Of a stretch of 64,000 bases of DNA, positions 25,376 to 36,227 are shown piece by piece. Source of the stretch: a bacterium. GTDB taxonomy: Bacteria; Babelota; Babeliae; Babelales; UASB340. The notes under the pieces are model-generated. The model was not told the DNA's origin. It worked only from the letters and a program-made list of their open reading frames with translations, and did no database searches. The stretch covers positions 57,427 through 121,426 of the forward strand of contig DAOVPV010000001.1 of the NCBI GenBank assembly GCA_030629005.1, given 5' to 3'. Position 1 is the first letter of the stretch, and each line of letters opens with the position of its first letter. The position numbers and the translations under genes are program-made.

Positions 25376-27291
25376 ATAAGATAAAAATATTATCACCCGA
25401 ACAAGCCGCAAAAATTGCAGCTGGAGAAGTTATAGAACGTCCATCTAATATCATAAAAGAAATAATAGAAAACTCTATAGACGCCAAAAGTACACAAATT
25501 AGTTTATACATAAAAGAAGCCGGCAAAAAATTAATTAGAATCGTAGACAATGGTACGGGTATGAATTTTAAAGATGCGCTATTGTGCTTTGCAAATCATG
25601 CAACCAGCAAAATAAATTCTATCGATGATTTAGAACAAATAAATTCTTTTGGCTTTAGAGGAGAAGCTCTATCTAGTATTAATGCAGTAAGCAAAGTAAC
25701 TCTTATTACAAAAACTAAATCGCAAGAGTTAGGAACAAAAATAGAATACACTGAAAATAAAGTATTATCCCAAGAAGAAACATCTTGTCCTGTTGGAACA
25801 GATCTACAAGTAAAAGAACTTTTTTACAACATCCCTGCCCGCAAAAAATTTTTAAAACAAGATGAAACAGAATGGAATCAAATTTTAAATATTTTTCAGG
25901 CTTTCTGCTTAAGCAATATTAATATTCACTTTAAATTATTTAAAGATGAAAGAATTGTAATAAATGCACCGGCAACAAAAAAACTACAAGATCGCACAGC
26001 CCAACTCTGGGGGCATAATTTTAGTCAAAATTTAATACAACTTAAAAATGATAGTGCTGATAAAATTGCAGCAAAAAATAATATTAAACTCACAGGCTCA
26101 ATTTCTAATCATAATTTTTGGCGATATGGAAGACAACAAATCTTCTTTTTTGTTAATGGTAGATACATAAAAAATACCGACCTAAACAAAGCATTGTTAA
26201 AGGGCTACACAGGAGTTTTACCCCCAGCAAGATTTCCTGCAGGTTTTATTTTTTTAGACGTTCCTAGTGATTTTGTAGACATCAACGTACATCCCAAGAA
26301 AGAAGAAGTTAGGTTTTTAAAACCAAATACCGTATCAAATATATTACAAAGATTTGTTAAAGAAACTTTAGATAGTAACGTTAGAAGTTTATTTGGTAGA
26401 GATGACAATGTTATGAATCCTAATATAGCTGTACCGTTTGATGAAAAAACAAACAGCTCCCCGTTCGCCCTGCCGTGCCCGACGAAGCCTTGCGCGAAGT
26501 CTGGGAGTAACCAACATAGCGTTAGCGAAGGTGGTTGTATCGAAGGGTCTAACCGAACGGCCCAAGCTCCACTTAACCTCAACACCTTTTACAATCCTAA
26601 TCAAGAATTAACAGAAACAAAAATTAGACAAAATACTCTTCGCCCACGCGAATTGGAATATGAGAAAACACAAACAACAATTTCTTCTCAAGAGAGCTCT
26701 CAACCAGAAGCAAATTTTAAAATAATTGGACAATATCTAAAAACATATATAATCACTCAAAATGGCGATAACTTAATTATTCTTGATCAACACGCAGCAC
26801 ATGAGCGAATAATCTATGATGAAATAACAAAAAACTTTGAGCAAAAATCTGGAATCAAATCAATGTTTCCTGAAATAATCAACTTAAATTCCCAGGAAAT
26901 AGAAAAAATAACTCTGGCACAAGAATTTTTATTAAACCAGGGGATAGGAATCGAAGTCTTTGGTAAAAACCAAATCGCCATAAAATCTAGTCCACCCAAA
27001 ATACAAAATCAATCCTTAAAAGAGCTAATTTTTGAAATCTTAGAGTTTATAAAAGAAAATGAAGCTCTAGATCAAGAAATATTCAGAAAAAAGCTCAACG
27101 ATAGAATACATGCTCAAATTGCATGCAAATCTGCAGTCAAAGCTGGTGATATTTTAACATTTGAGCAAATGGAAGAAATCGTTAAAAAACTACAAAAAAC
27201 TCAAAACCTTCTAACTTGCCCTCATGGCCGGCCAACAACATGGATTTTGAATAAACATAATATTGAAAAACAATTTAAAAGAAAATTGTAA
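25372..27291 (+). CDS. mutL: DNA mismatch repair protein MutL (endonuclease type) with in-frame GC-rich insert in the linker
   Basis: GHKL ATPase N-terminus (IAAGEVIERPSNIIKEIIENSIDA, DNGTGM, FGFRGEAL); C-terminal DQHAAHERIIYDE endonuclease motif; ATGA overlap with the upstream gene. Confidence 0.95.
   Translation: MNKIKILSPEQAAKIAAGEVIERPSNIIKEIIENSIDAKSTQISLYIKEAGKKLIRIVDNGTGMNFKDALLCFANHATSKINSIDDLEQINSFGFRGEALSSINAVSKVTLITKTKSQELGTKIEYTENKVLSQEETSCPVGTDLQVKELFYNIPARKKFLKQDETEWNQILNIFQAFCLSNINIHFKLFKDERIVINAPATKKLQDRTAQLWGHNFSQNLIQLKNDSADKIAAKNNIKLTGSISNHNFWRYGRQQIFFFVNGRYIKNTDLNKALLKGYTGVLPPARFPAGFIFLDVPSDFVDINVHPKKEEVRFLKPNTVSNILQRFVKETLDSNVRSLFGRDDNVMNPNIAVPFDEKTNSSPFALPCPTKPCAKSGSNQHSVSEGGCIEGSNRTAQAPLNLNTFYNPNQELTETKIRQNTLRPRELEYEKTQTTISSQESSQPEANFKIIGQYLKTYIITQNGDNLIILDQHAAHERIIYDEITKNFEQKSGIKSMFPEIINLNSQEIEKITLAQEFLLNQGIGIEVFGKNQIAIKSSPPKIQNQSLKELIFEILEFIKENEALDQEIFRKKLNDRIHAQIACKSAVKAGDILTFEQMEEIVKKLQKTQNLLTCPHGRPTTWILNKHNIEKQFKRKL
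26455..26570 (+). repeat. GC-rich palindromic element inserted in frame within mutL
   Basis: abrupt GC island; termini CCGTTCG (26461)/CGAACGG (26560) are inverted; AGCTCC occurs on both sides (26455-26460, 26565-26570); encodes SSPFALPCPTKPCAKSGSNQHSVSEGGCIEGSNRTAQAP. Confidence 0.7.
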
Positions 27292-27383
27292 AAAAATACT
27301 CATTGAATAAAACACCCTCCAGACTTTAAATCCAAAGTTGTATATAAATATTTAAAAGAATTAGAAACAGTTTAATTTTTAAA

Positions 27384-28736
27384 TTATCCTAGCAAAACTC
27401 TTTCTTCCGGATACTTATACAAAGCATGCACTTGTTTTTTACGCAACGCCAAAACAAGTGTCAACGCACCCGCTCTTCCCATAATCATAGAAAGTACTAA
27501 TACAATTTTTCCAGGAATAGAAATATATGGAGTAATACCTGTAGAAAAACCAGTAGTGGAAAATGCAGCAACAGACTCAAATAAAACATCCATAAAACCA
27601 AATTCTGGATCCGTTAACAATAAAATGAAAGTCGTAATCGCAATCCAACCTAAAGATAAAGCAATAATAACTGTGGTTTTAAAAATCTGCTCCGCAGCAA
27701 TACTTCTTCCAAAAATTTCCACTGTATCTTTATTTTTAATAGTAGCTATAACAGTCGTAATAAAAATGGCAAAAGTTGTTACTTTTACACCACCGCCAGT
27801 AGAAGAAGGACTAGCACCAATAAACATCAATATCAATAATATTAATAATATCGGCATACCCAGCTTGCTCATCTCAACAATTTCGAATCCAGCAGTTCTA
27901 GATACTACTGATATAAAAAATGAATTAAAAATCTGATCCCAAATTCCCAACCCTCGCAAACAGTTTGTCCGCTCTAATATAAAAAACATTACTGTTCCTA
28001 AAAAAATTAAAATCGCTGATGACACTAACACTATTCTTGTATGAAGAGATATAGTTATTTTTTTAGGATCTTCGTTCCACCAATTTTTTATAAATAAAAT
28101 AATATTTTTACCAAATTCATACCAAACTATAAAACCAAGGCCTCCCAAAAAAACCAAAATTGCCATTATAAAGAGAGGAAAACTACTTTTATTTAAATAA
28201 ATAATACCTGGTTCAAATAAAGAAAGCCCGGCATTGCAAAAAGCACTTACAGAATGAAAAATCGCATAAAAAAGAGCATCTGTCTCTGGTAAAATTTTGC
28301 TAAACGGAATATACAAAACAAATGCACCAATGGCCTCTACCATAAAGGTAAATCCTATTATCAACTTTAAAAATGTTTTTATTTTTCCTGAAAATTCAAA
28401 ATCTAAAATCTTCCCAGCAACAAATTTTGTAACTAAACTTAAATTTAAAACCAGCGATACCAAAAATAAGGACAAAGTCATCAATCCCAAACCACCAATC
28501 TGCACAAGGGCTAAAATCACACATTGGCCAAAAAATGAAAAATATGACATTGGCACCATTTTCAATCCAGTAACACAAGTTGAAGATGTTGCGGTAAAAA
28601 AAATATCTATTAATGGAATATCAACAACTCTGGAAATAGGCAAAGACAACAAAAAAGCACCCGCAGTTATAATAAATAAAAAAGACAATAATAAAATTCG
28701 GCCTGGAGAAATTTTTAAAATTTTTAGAGCAGCCAT
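27384..28736 (-). CDS. trkH: TrkH/KtrB family cation (potassium) transporter
   Basis: 450 aa polytopic; repeated pore-loop motifs (TSSTCVTGL, SAFCNAGLSL, SRTAGF, GGVKVTT, FSTTGFSTG). Confidence 0.85.
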   Translation of the reverse strand: MAALKILKISPGRILLLSFLFIITAGAFLLSLPISRVVDIPLIDIFFTATSSTCVTGLKMVPMSYFSFFGQCVILALVQIGGLGLMTLSLFLVSLVLNLSLVTKFVAGKILDFEFSGKIKTFLKLIIGFTFMVEAIGAFVLYIPFSKILPETDALFYAIFHSVSAFCNAGLSLFEPGIIYLNKSSFPLFIMAILVFLGGLGFIVWYEFGKNIILFIKNWWNEDPKKITISLHTRIVLVSSAILIFLGTVMFFILERTNCLRGLGIWDQIFNSFFISVVSRTAGFEIVEMSKLGMPILLILLILMFIGASPSSTGGGVKVTTFAIFITTVIATIKNKDTVEIFGRSIAAEQIFKTTVIIALSLGWIAITTFILLLTDPEFGFMDVLFESVAAFSTTGFSTGITPYISIPGKIVLVLSMIMGRAGALTLVLALRKKQVHALYKYPEERVLLG

Positions 28737-28866
28737 ATATAACCTTTTTTTTAAATTATAAAATACAAACGATGTAACAGTATACTAAAACATATGTCTG
28801 AATAAAATAGAGTAACAAATTCGTTGTTTTAACACGAGTTTCTCATAAAAAACAAAGATAAAAAAT

Positions 28867-29874
28867 TTATCTATTTTCCCATTCCAGAGCTGAATGTATA
28901 ATGTTTTCTAAATTAGAATAACTAGGCTCCCAATTTAAAATAGATTTTATTTTTTTATTATCAGCAATTAAAGTATCCACATCACCCGCTCTACGAGCAA
29001 AAACTTCTATATTAGCCTCTTGCCCAGCTTCCTTTTCAGCAGCCGTTATTAATTCTTTAACAGAATAACCATGCCCAGTACCCAAATTAAAAACCTGAGA
29101 TTTCTTTTCTTTAATCAAATATTCAAAAGCCAACAAATGTGCAAGTGCTAAATCTTTTACATGAATATAATCTCGAATACACGTGCCATCTGGAGTATTA
29201 TAATCATCGCCAAATATTTTAAATGTCTTTTTATTTTTAATAGCACGAAGTAATAACGGAATTATGTGAGTCTCTGGAATATGTTGCTCCCCTAAATTAT
29301 TTTTAGGATCGGCACCTGCCGCATTAAAATAACGCAAAGAAATATATTTTAAATCATAAGCTTGAGCATAATCTTGCAAAACATATTCTACGATTAATTT
29401 ATTTTTACCATACGGGCTAATTGGCGCATATGGATGAGCTTCATCTATAGGAACTTTTACAGGATTACCATAAACCGCACAACTTGAAGAAAAAATAAAA
29501 TTCTTAACACCATGCTTTATCATGGTATCTAAAAACTTAATAGTTTTTACAACATTATTGTCATAAAATTCAGCCGGGTTTGTTACAGAAACACCAACTT
29601 CTATAAAAGCCGCAAAGTGCATAACTGCGTCTATTTTGTATTTTTCAAAAACAGATTCTAGTAAATTAGTATCTGCAAAATCTCCTACTATCAATTTTGC
29701 AAAATCATGATCGAATTTTTGCTTGTATATCAATTTATCAATAATTATTATTTCATAGCCTCTTTGATTTAGTAAATATGCGGTATTTGAACCTATGTAA
29801 CCAGCCCCTCCCAAAACAAGAATCGTTTTTTTCATACTAATCTCCGCTCTTTGCATACTTTTTATCAAAAACAT
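28867..29874 (-). CDS. galE: UDP-glucose 4-epimerase GalE (likely true start 29835)
   Basis: MKKTILVLGGAGYIGS Rossmann motif preceded by GGAG RBS; SSSCAVYG; YGKNK (YxxxK). Confidence 0.9.
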   Translation of the reverse strand: MFLIKSMQRAEISMKKTILVLGGAGYIGSNTAYLLNQRGYEIIIIDKLIYKQKFDHDFAKLIVGDFADTNLLESVFEKYKIDAVMHFAAFIEVGVSVTNPAEFYDNNVVKTIKFLDTMIKHGVKNFIFSSSCAVYGNPVKVPIDEAHPYAPISPYGKNKLIVEYVLQDYAQAYDLKYISLRYFNAAGADPKNNLGEQHIPETHIIPLLLRAIKNKKTFKIFGDDYNTPDGTCIRDYIHVKDLALAHLLAFEYLIKEKKSQVFNLGTGHGYSVKELITAAEKEAGQEANIEVFARRAGDVDTLIADNKKIKSILNWEPSYSNLENIIHSALEWENR

Positions 29875-29920
29875 ATATTTTTGATATTATAAAACAAAAT
29901 TGAAATAAAAAATAAAATAT

Positions 29921-31174
29921 TTGGGAGCAAATATGATAAACAGAGTTCGCGGCACACAAGATATTCTAGATTTGACGCTATACAACTTTGTATTGGATAA
30001 AATAAAAGAACATACGCAACTTTACAACTTTACACATATAGAAACACCAATACTAGAATATACAAAATTATTTTTTCATTCACTCGGCTCCACAACAGAT
30101 ATAGTTTCTAAAGAAATGTATACATTCCCTGCGAAATCAGAAGAGGAAAGCATCTGTCTACGACCAGAAGCAACATCCGGTATCATTAGAGCATATCACG
30201 AAAATAGAATTGAAGAAAAACCATTTAAAACATTTAGCTACGGCCCCATGTTCAGAAGAGAGCGTCCACAAAAAGGTCGCTGGAGACAATTTGACCACCT
30301 AAACTTTGAAGTAATAAATACAGCTTCTATTGCTCAAGATGCCCTATTCATAAAAATGTTAGACTCATTTTTTTCTGACAAATTAAATTTAGAAAATTAC
30401 GTTCTAAAATTAAATTATCTTGGATGTAGCAAAGATAGAAAACAACACAAAAAAGCTTTAAAAAATTACTTGGATAAAGTTGATTCTAAAATTTGCGACA
30501 CATGCAAAGTAAGAAAAGACGCTAATATTCTAAGGATCTTTGACTGTAAAAATGATACATGCCAAAAAGTATATGAAAATGCCCCTAAACTTACAGCCTT
30601 TTTATGTGATGAATGCAACTCTGAATGGAAAGATATTAAAGAAAAATTGCAAATATTGTCTGTTAACTTTATTGAAGACCCAAAACTAGTACGTGGTCTA
30701 GATTATTATAACAAAATTGTTTTTGAATTTGCATCTCCACTTTTAGGCGCACAAAGTACATTCTGCGGAGGTGGCAGATATTCACTAGGAAAAGATGTTG
30801 GTGCAAAAGAAAATTTCCCATGTGTCGGCGCAGCCATTGGATTTGGAAGATTATTACTTTTAACAGAACAAAACATAAACAATTTAAACCTTCCAACACA
30901 GCCCGCTCTTTATTTAATAATACCGATGGACAAAAAACAATATGACCTGTCTCTAATATTAGCTGACGAGCTAACAGCAAATAAATTTTGTGTAGATGTT
31001 TTATTAGAAGGAAATTCTATAAAAAGCATGATGCGCAAGGCGAATAAAGTTGGGGCAAAAAAGGTTTTAATTATCGGCGAAGATGAACAACAAACCGGTA
31101 CCGTAACGGTTAAAAATATGCAAACCGGAGAGGGTGTTAAAGTTAAACAGGCTGAAATTTTAAAACATTTGTAA
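29921..31174 (+). CDS. hisS: histidine--tRNA ligase (likely ATG start at 29933)
   Basis: VRGTQDIL, LRPEATSGIIRAY, YGPMFRRERPQKGRWRQFDHLNFEVI class II motifs. Confidence 0.93.
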   Translation: MGANMINRVRGTQDILDLTLYNFVLDKIKEHTQLYNFTHIETPILEYTKLFFHSLGSTTDIVSKEMYTFPAKSEEESICLRPEATSGIIRAYHENRIEEKPFKTFSYGPMFRRERPQKGRWRQFDHLNFEVINTASIAQDALFIKMLDSFFSDKLNLENYVLKLNYLGCSKDRKQHKKALKNYLDKVDSKICDTCKVRKDANILRIFDCKNDTCQKVYENAPKLTAFLCDECNSEWKDIKEKLQILSVNFIEDPKLVRGLDYYNKIVFEFASPLLGAQSTFCGGGRYSLGKDVGAKENFPCVGAAIGFGRLLLLTEQNINNLNLPTQPALYLIIPMDKKQYDLSLILADELTANKFCVDVLLEGNSIKSMMRKANKVGAKKVLIIGEDEQQTGTVTVKNMQTGEGVKVKQAEILKHL

Positions 31175-31876
31175 TTAAAAAACTTTATTGATAACTATTA
31201 TAAAAAATAACAATAAAGAAACAAAGAACACAGAATCAAACCTATCTAAAAGCCCTCCATGACCAGGCAATAAGACACCTGTATCCTTTAAACCTTTTAT
31301 TCTTTTTAACTTAGATATAAAAATATCACCCAAAAAAGAAACTATTGTTACCAAAAAAGAAAATAATAACAAAACCCAAATAGATTTCAAATATAAAACA
31401 AAAGGAAAACTCTTTATTCCCGGCAATACAAAAATATTGAATAATAAAACAAATACATAACCACCAAACAACCCCTCCCAAGATTTACCAGGACTTATAG
31501 AAGGACAAATCTTATGCTTACCAATAAATTTACCTAGAATATATCCACCTGTATCTGCAATCCAAGACACAATAAATGGATACAATGGGAAAATAAAATC
31601 TTGCGATCTATAACAAAATGCTAAATAAATTAAAATTAATATTGGCAAAATCGGATAAAAAAAAGATATTAGCCAAAACTTATAATTATAAATTGAAAAA
31701 TCTATTAACCTTGACCATTCAAAGAATAATATTATTAACAACAATGCAAACAAAATAAAAACAAATAATAGCAAAGAATGAAAATAAGCCGCAAAAAAAC
31801 AAAAACCTAAAATTGAGCTCGTCAAAAATCTTTTTAAATTCTCATTATTTAAATTTAGTTTCATTTTTATACACAA
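31175..31876 (-). CDS. cdsA: phosphatidate cytidylyltransferase
   Basis: SPGKSWEG and GDIFISKLKRIKGLKDTGVLLPGHGGLLDRFDS signature. Confidence 0.9.
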   Translation of the reverse strand: MCIKMKLNLNNENLKRFLTSSILGFCFFAAYFHSLLLFVFILFALLLIILFFEWSRLIDFSIYNYKFWLISFFYPILPILILIYLAFCYRSQDFIFPLYPFIVSWIADTGGYILGKFIGKHKICPSISPGKSWEGLFGGYVFVLLFNIFVLPGIKSFPFVLYLKSIWVLLLFSFLVTIVSFLGDIFISKLKRIKGLKDTGVLLPGHGGLLDRFDSVFFVSLLLFFIIVINKVF

Positions 31877-32615
31877 TCTTTCTTAAACATAAACCACAAG
31901 CATCAGCCTTCGTTAAAATCTGATTTGGACTTGGATTATTTAATATATTTTCTAAATATTCTAAAGACTTGCTCTCTTGTCGAGCTAAATCCAAAGCATA
32001 ACCAACCATACGTCTTATTTGAAATCTTAGAAAAGACTTTCCCCTAATTTCTACTCTTAATAAATTATACTTATCAAATTTCTTGACCGTTATACTATCT
32101 ATTTTTTTTATAGTTGACCTTGTATCTGTTTTATCCATCTTACAAAATGAACCAAAATCATGCTCCCCAACATACAAATTTAATGCAATATGAAATTTTT
32201 CTAAATCAACAAAATCCATAAACTTATAATAACAACCAAATCTAGCAAGAAATGGATTAGGCCTCTTCAAAAATAAATGATAATAATATGTTTTTTGTGC
32301 AACCTTATACATTGGGTGAAAATCGCTACAAACCTTTTCTAATGATCGAATAAAAATAGACTTTGGCAAAATCCGATTCCATACTTCAAGAATATATTCT
32401 TCTGGCAAATCAAGACTTGTTACTGCGCGTGCAACCTGACCAAAAGCATGAACACCTGAATCGGTCCTGGAAGCTCCACATATAGAGACTTCGGATTTAA
32501 AAGCATGTTCAAATGTTTTTTTTAAATGCGCCTGAACAGTCGAACCATTAGGTTGCTGCTGCCATCCACAAAAGTCTGTTCCATCATAAGCAACTACAAT
32601 TTTATAATTCTGCAT
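31845..32615 (-). CDS. truA: tRNA pseudouridine(38-40) synthase TruA
   Basis: YDGTDFCGWQQQ and GASRTDSGVHA catalytic Asp motif. Confidence 0.92.
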   Translation of the reverse strand: MQNYKIVVAYDGTDFCGWQQQPNGSTVQAHLKKTFEHAFKSEVSICGASRTDSGVHAFGQVARAVTSLDLPEEYILEVWNRILPKSIFIRSLEKVCSDFHPMYKVAQKTYYYHLFLKRPNPFLARFGCYYKFMDFVDLEKFHIALNLYVGEHDFGSFCKMDKTDTRSTIKKIDSITVKKFDKYNLLRVEIRGKSFLRFQIRRMVGYALDLARQESKSLEYLENILNNPSPNQILTKADACGLCLRKIVYKNETKFK

Positions 32616-32667
32616 GAAAACAATCGCCCCAAAAAAAATAATACGTTTTATACTAATATAAAATTTT

Positions 32668-32741
32668 ACTATTGATACAAATTAGAAACCCCCATCCCGA
32701 CAAGAAAGTCTGGGACAGGGGAAATGGAGGTTATCAATAGT
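32668..32741 (-). terminator. GC-rich hairpin terminator embedded in a longer inverted repeat
   Basis: minus strand CCCCTGTCCCAGAC-TTTCTT-GTCGGGATGGGGG followed by TTTCTAATTT; outer arms ACTATTGATA (32668-32677)/TATCAATAGT (32732-32741); downstream of the glycosyltransferase gene. Confidence 0.55.
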
Positions 32742-32802
32742 AATCTTAGAAAGATTATAAACTAGTTATAAATAAAATGCAATATGATTTTTGAAATTTA
32801 AA

Positions 32803-33960
32803 TTAATTTCTTACCACTGTAGCAGACAGTTTTTTGAAAATTTCAAAATAACTATCCTGAACTCTACTAATAGAAAAACTTTGCTTAATCAAATTCAAAT
32901 TTTCTTTACCAATCTGCATAGAAAAATCTTGATCGCAATAAAATTTTTCCATAGCCCGAGACAAGGCTAAAGGATTTCCAGGGCACACCAACAGTGCATT
33001 TACACCATCAACCAAGACATCATGTTTCGGAGAATATGTTGTACTTATAACAGGCAACCCAAAAGCCATCGCTTCCAAAAGAGCAATGGACAACCCTTCA
33101 CTTTTAGATGAAATAGCAAAGCAATCAAATATATTAAAATATGGATATGGATTATTCGCTGCACCAGCAAAAACAACATCTTCAACCAAACCCAAATCTT
33201 GAGTTAACTTTCTTAACTCACCATAACAACGACCACCCCCAACCAAACACAATTTTACATTTTTAGCCACACTTCCATTACAATTTGTATTTGTTTGATT
33301 TAAGTTATTTTTAAATATATAGAAGGCTCTTATTAGTAAATCATAAGATTTTATTTTTTCTAATCTTCCAACAGCACCTATTATAAAATCACGTTGCAAG
33401 AACCCAAGCTCAACCCTATTTAACTTACTAATATTTTTTTTAATATAATTTATATCTATAGCGTTGGGAATAACAACAGTCTTTTTTTCCAAGGCATCTT
33501 TATAAGAACAAAATGTTTTTATAAAACCATTTTTAGTATTATTAGAGACAGCTACATAAATATCTGCATCAAGCAAATTAATCCGTTCTAAAATCTTACG
33601 AATTTTACCATCGTGTAAAAAATTGCTATGAAGATCACAAACAACGGGAATACTCAAAGACTTTGCAACAAACTTAGAAAAAAAATTAGCAAACCATAAA
33701 GAAGAATGTATTACATCCGGTTTAATATCTTTTATGATTCTTCTTAATTTTAAATAAGATAAAAAATCATATTTATTTAATAAACCGGTAATGTGAAATG
33801 TTTTTATTCCAAGATTTTGAATTTTTTCTAAATTTGGCCCCGGATAAAAATAAGCAACGTAGTGCACATGCTCTGAATTTTTATCAACCCTCAAAAAATT
33901 GAGTAGGGCCGATTCGGCCCCACCGATTTTTAAACTTGTAATGACATGAAAAATTTTCAT
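32803..33960 (-). CDS. glycosyltransferase family 4 (GT-B fold)
   Basis: N-terminal KIGGAESAL; C-terminal SKSEGLSIALLEAMAFGLPVISTT (E-x7-E). Confidence 0.85.
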   Translation of the reverse strand: MKIFHVITSLKIGGAESALLNFLRVDKNSEHVHYVAYFYPGPNLEKIQNLGIKTFHITGLLNKYDFLSYLKLRRIIKDIKPDVIHSSLWFANFFSKFVAKSLSIPVVCDLHSNFLHDGKIRKILERINLLDADIYVAVSNNTKNGFIKTFCSYKDALEKKTVVIPNAIDINYIKKNISKLNRVELGFLQRDFIIGAVGRLEKIKSYDLLIRAFYIFKNNLNQTNTNCNGSVAKNVKLCLVGGGRCYGELRKLTQDLGLVEDVVFAGAANNPYPYFNIFDCFAISSKSEGLSIALLEAMAFGLPVISTTYSPKHDVLVDGVNALLVCPGNPLALSRAMEKFYCDQDFSMQIGKENLNLIKQSFSISRVQDSYFEIFKKLSATVVRN

Positions 33961-33971
33961 TCTAAAAAGAC

Positions 33972-36227
33972 TTACTCAATACCGTCAGATCCTGACATAT
34001 CATATTCTTTATCAAAAAAACTTTGCAGCCTTTTGCTTCTGGATGGATGTCTTAATTTTCTTAATGCTTTTACCTCTATCTGTCTTATACGTTCACGAGT
34101 AACAGAAAAGTCTTTTCCTACTTCTTCTAAAGTATGTTCAGATGCAACATCTATTCCAAATCGCATCTTCAAAACCTTTTCTTCTCTCGGCGTAAGAGAT
34201 TTTAAAACCTCACGAACCTTTTCTTTTAAATCATCATTAACAACAGCATCCATTGGAGTATATTCATTTTCATCTTCGATAAAGTCTTTAAGATAAATAT
34301 CATCACTATCTCCAACAGGAGTTTCTAAAGATACAGGTTCTTTAGAAATTTTTATTATGTTTTTTATTTTCTTTTCATCTAAATCTAATTCTTTTGCAAG
34401 CTCACTAAAAGAAGGCTCTCGACCATGCTCTTGCATATAAATTCTTGTAATCTTATTAATTTTACTTAAAGTTTCAACCATATGAACCGGAACACGAATC
34501 GTTCTTGATTGATCAGCAATCGCCCTTGTAATAGCCTGCCTAATCCACCATGTTGCATATGTTGAAAATTTAAATCCTCGTTCAAACTCAAATTTTTCAA
34601 CAGCCTTTAAAAGACCAATGTTACCTTCTTGAATTAAATCCAAGAAATGCAGCCCTCTGTTTATATATTTTTTTGCAATATTAACAACCAGCCTTAAATT
34701 TGCTCGAGCCAAATTATCTTTAGCTTCTTTATCTTTTTTTTGCGCAACTATAAATTGTTTATAGTACTTATTAATTTTATCCAGACTAATACCAGCTTCA
34801 TTTTCGCTCTTTTTAATAACCTTACCTGACATTCTAATCTGCAATTCCAATTCTTCTATTAATTTTAAATCCTGTTCTGCCGGTTTTTTTAGTCCCTTAT
34901 AAAATTTGAGCTTATCTTCTCCTGATTTTATTTCGTCTTCACGCTCTTTAATTTTACTTGCTATTTTTTCTATTTTTTTACCAAACTTGTGAATAAGTTT
35001 ATTTGCGAATTTAATACTCTTAATAAACTGAATGCTATTCTTTTTATTCTCTTCAATCTCTGCAAGCATTTTTTTCTTTGAAGATTCATAATTAAGCTTA
35101 CTTCGATAAAACTTATAAATCTTTTCTTCGTTAGTTATAAATTTCTTAAGATCAACAAGAATCTTTAAAAAATTCTTTTTTTCTTCTTCAAATCTTGGAG
35201 CATTATCCTCATCAAAATCTGAAAACTGAATTAAATCTTTCAAAATTAAAGGATCTTTTATTAGCTTCTCTTCAAGAGAGGCTAAATCTTTTATAACAAA
35301 TGGAAAATGTGCAATCGCATCTATAAAGCTGCGTTTTACTTCAGCAATCGTATCTGCAATAACTTTTTCTGTTATTTTATTTAATAACGGAATCTTACCA
35401 ATCTCTTTTAAATATAATTTTACAGGATCATTTAACTGTGAAGGTTCTGCAAATCCTCGTAATTTTTCCATTTCCTTCGAAGAAAAATTCTCCGTAGAAA
35501 ATGTAATCTTGTCTATAGAAGATTTTATATCTATAGGAGACTCTTTTTCATCGTCTTTCCCAAAACCAGTTAACCCTTCAGTTTGGGATTCAAGCTCTTC
35601 TTTAGATAATAAATCTATATCTTCGGTTTCAAATATATGTAATAACTCATTAACACTTTCTTCTATAAGTCTATATTTACGGGAAAATGCCGTAACTTCT
35701 TCTATGCTCAAAACACCGAGTCTTTTACCCTTCGAAACTAACAATTTTACCTTGTTATCAATATCTACTAAAGACAAATTCTTTTCGGCTTTGGATGCCT
35801 TAGAATCAAGAGACTCTTTTCCTTTTCTACCAACCCTTTTTTCAACAGGCTTACTAATTTTCTTTTTCTTAACTGTAACATCAGCAATAACACTGATCTT
35901 TTTTTCAATCGTTTTTTTCTTTACAGGCTGTTTTTTTTCAACCGCCTTTTTAACCAACTTTTTATTCGCTGTTTTCTGTTTTTTTACAGCCTTCGATGTA
36001 GTCTTTGTTTCTTTTTTTAGAATGGTTTTAACACTTTTTTTAATTTTGCCAACAACCTTTTCCAATGCTGTTTTCTTTTTCTTTACCACAACATTACCTT
36101 TTGTAACGCTTTTTGTTTTCTTCTTTGTAGCTACAACCTTACCCTTTGACTGCTTTTTAGTTTTAGAAGCAACCTTTACAGCTTTTTTAACTATTTTTTT
36201 TACAACTTTCTTTGTATTTTTTTTCAT
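33972..36227 (-). CDS. rpoD: RNA polymerase sigma-70 factor RpoD with about 135-aa lysine-rich N-terminal extension
   Basis: regions 2-4 conserved ([56 protein letters not shown]; [30 protein letters not shown]); ATGA overlap with dnaG. Confidence 0.95.
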   Translation of the reverse strand: MKKNTKKVVKKIVKKAVKVASKTKKQSKGKVVATKKKTKSVTKGNVVVKKKKTALEKVVGKIKKSVKTILKKETKTTSKAVKKQKTANKKLVKKAVEKKQPVKKKTIEKKISVIADVTVKKKKISKPVEKRVGRKGKESLDSKASKAEKNLSLVDIDNKVKLLVSKGKRLGVLSIEEVTAFSRKYRLIEESVNELLHIFETEDIDLLSKEELESQTEGLTGFGKDDEKESPIDIKSSIDKITFSTENFSSKEMEKLRGFAEPSQLNDPVKLYLKEIGKIPLLNKITEKVIADTIAEVKRSFIDAIAHFPFVIKDLASLEEKLIKDPLILKDLIQFSDFDEDNAPRFEEEKKNFLKILVDLKKFITNEEKIYKFYRSKLNYESSKKKMLAEIEENKKNSIQFIKSIKFANKLIHKFGKKIEKIASKIKEREDEIKSGEDKLKFYKGLKKPAEQDLKLIEELELQIRMSGKVIKKSENEAGISLDKINKYYKQFIVAQKKDKEAKDNLARANLRLVVNIAKKYINRGLHFLDLIQEGNIGLLKAVEKFEFERGFKFSTYATWWIRQAITRAIADQSRTIRVPVHMVETLSKINKITRIYMQEHGREPSFSELAKELDLDEKKIKNIIKISKEPVSLETPVGDSDDIYLKDFIEDENEYTPMDAVVNDDLKEKVREVLKSLTPREEKVLKMRFGIDVASEHTLEEVGKDFSVTRERIRQIEVKALRKLRHPSRSKRLQSFFDKEYDMSGSDGIE

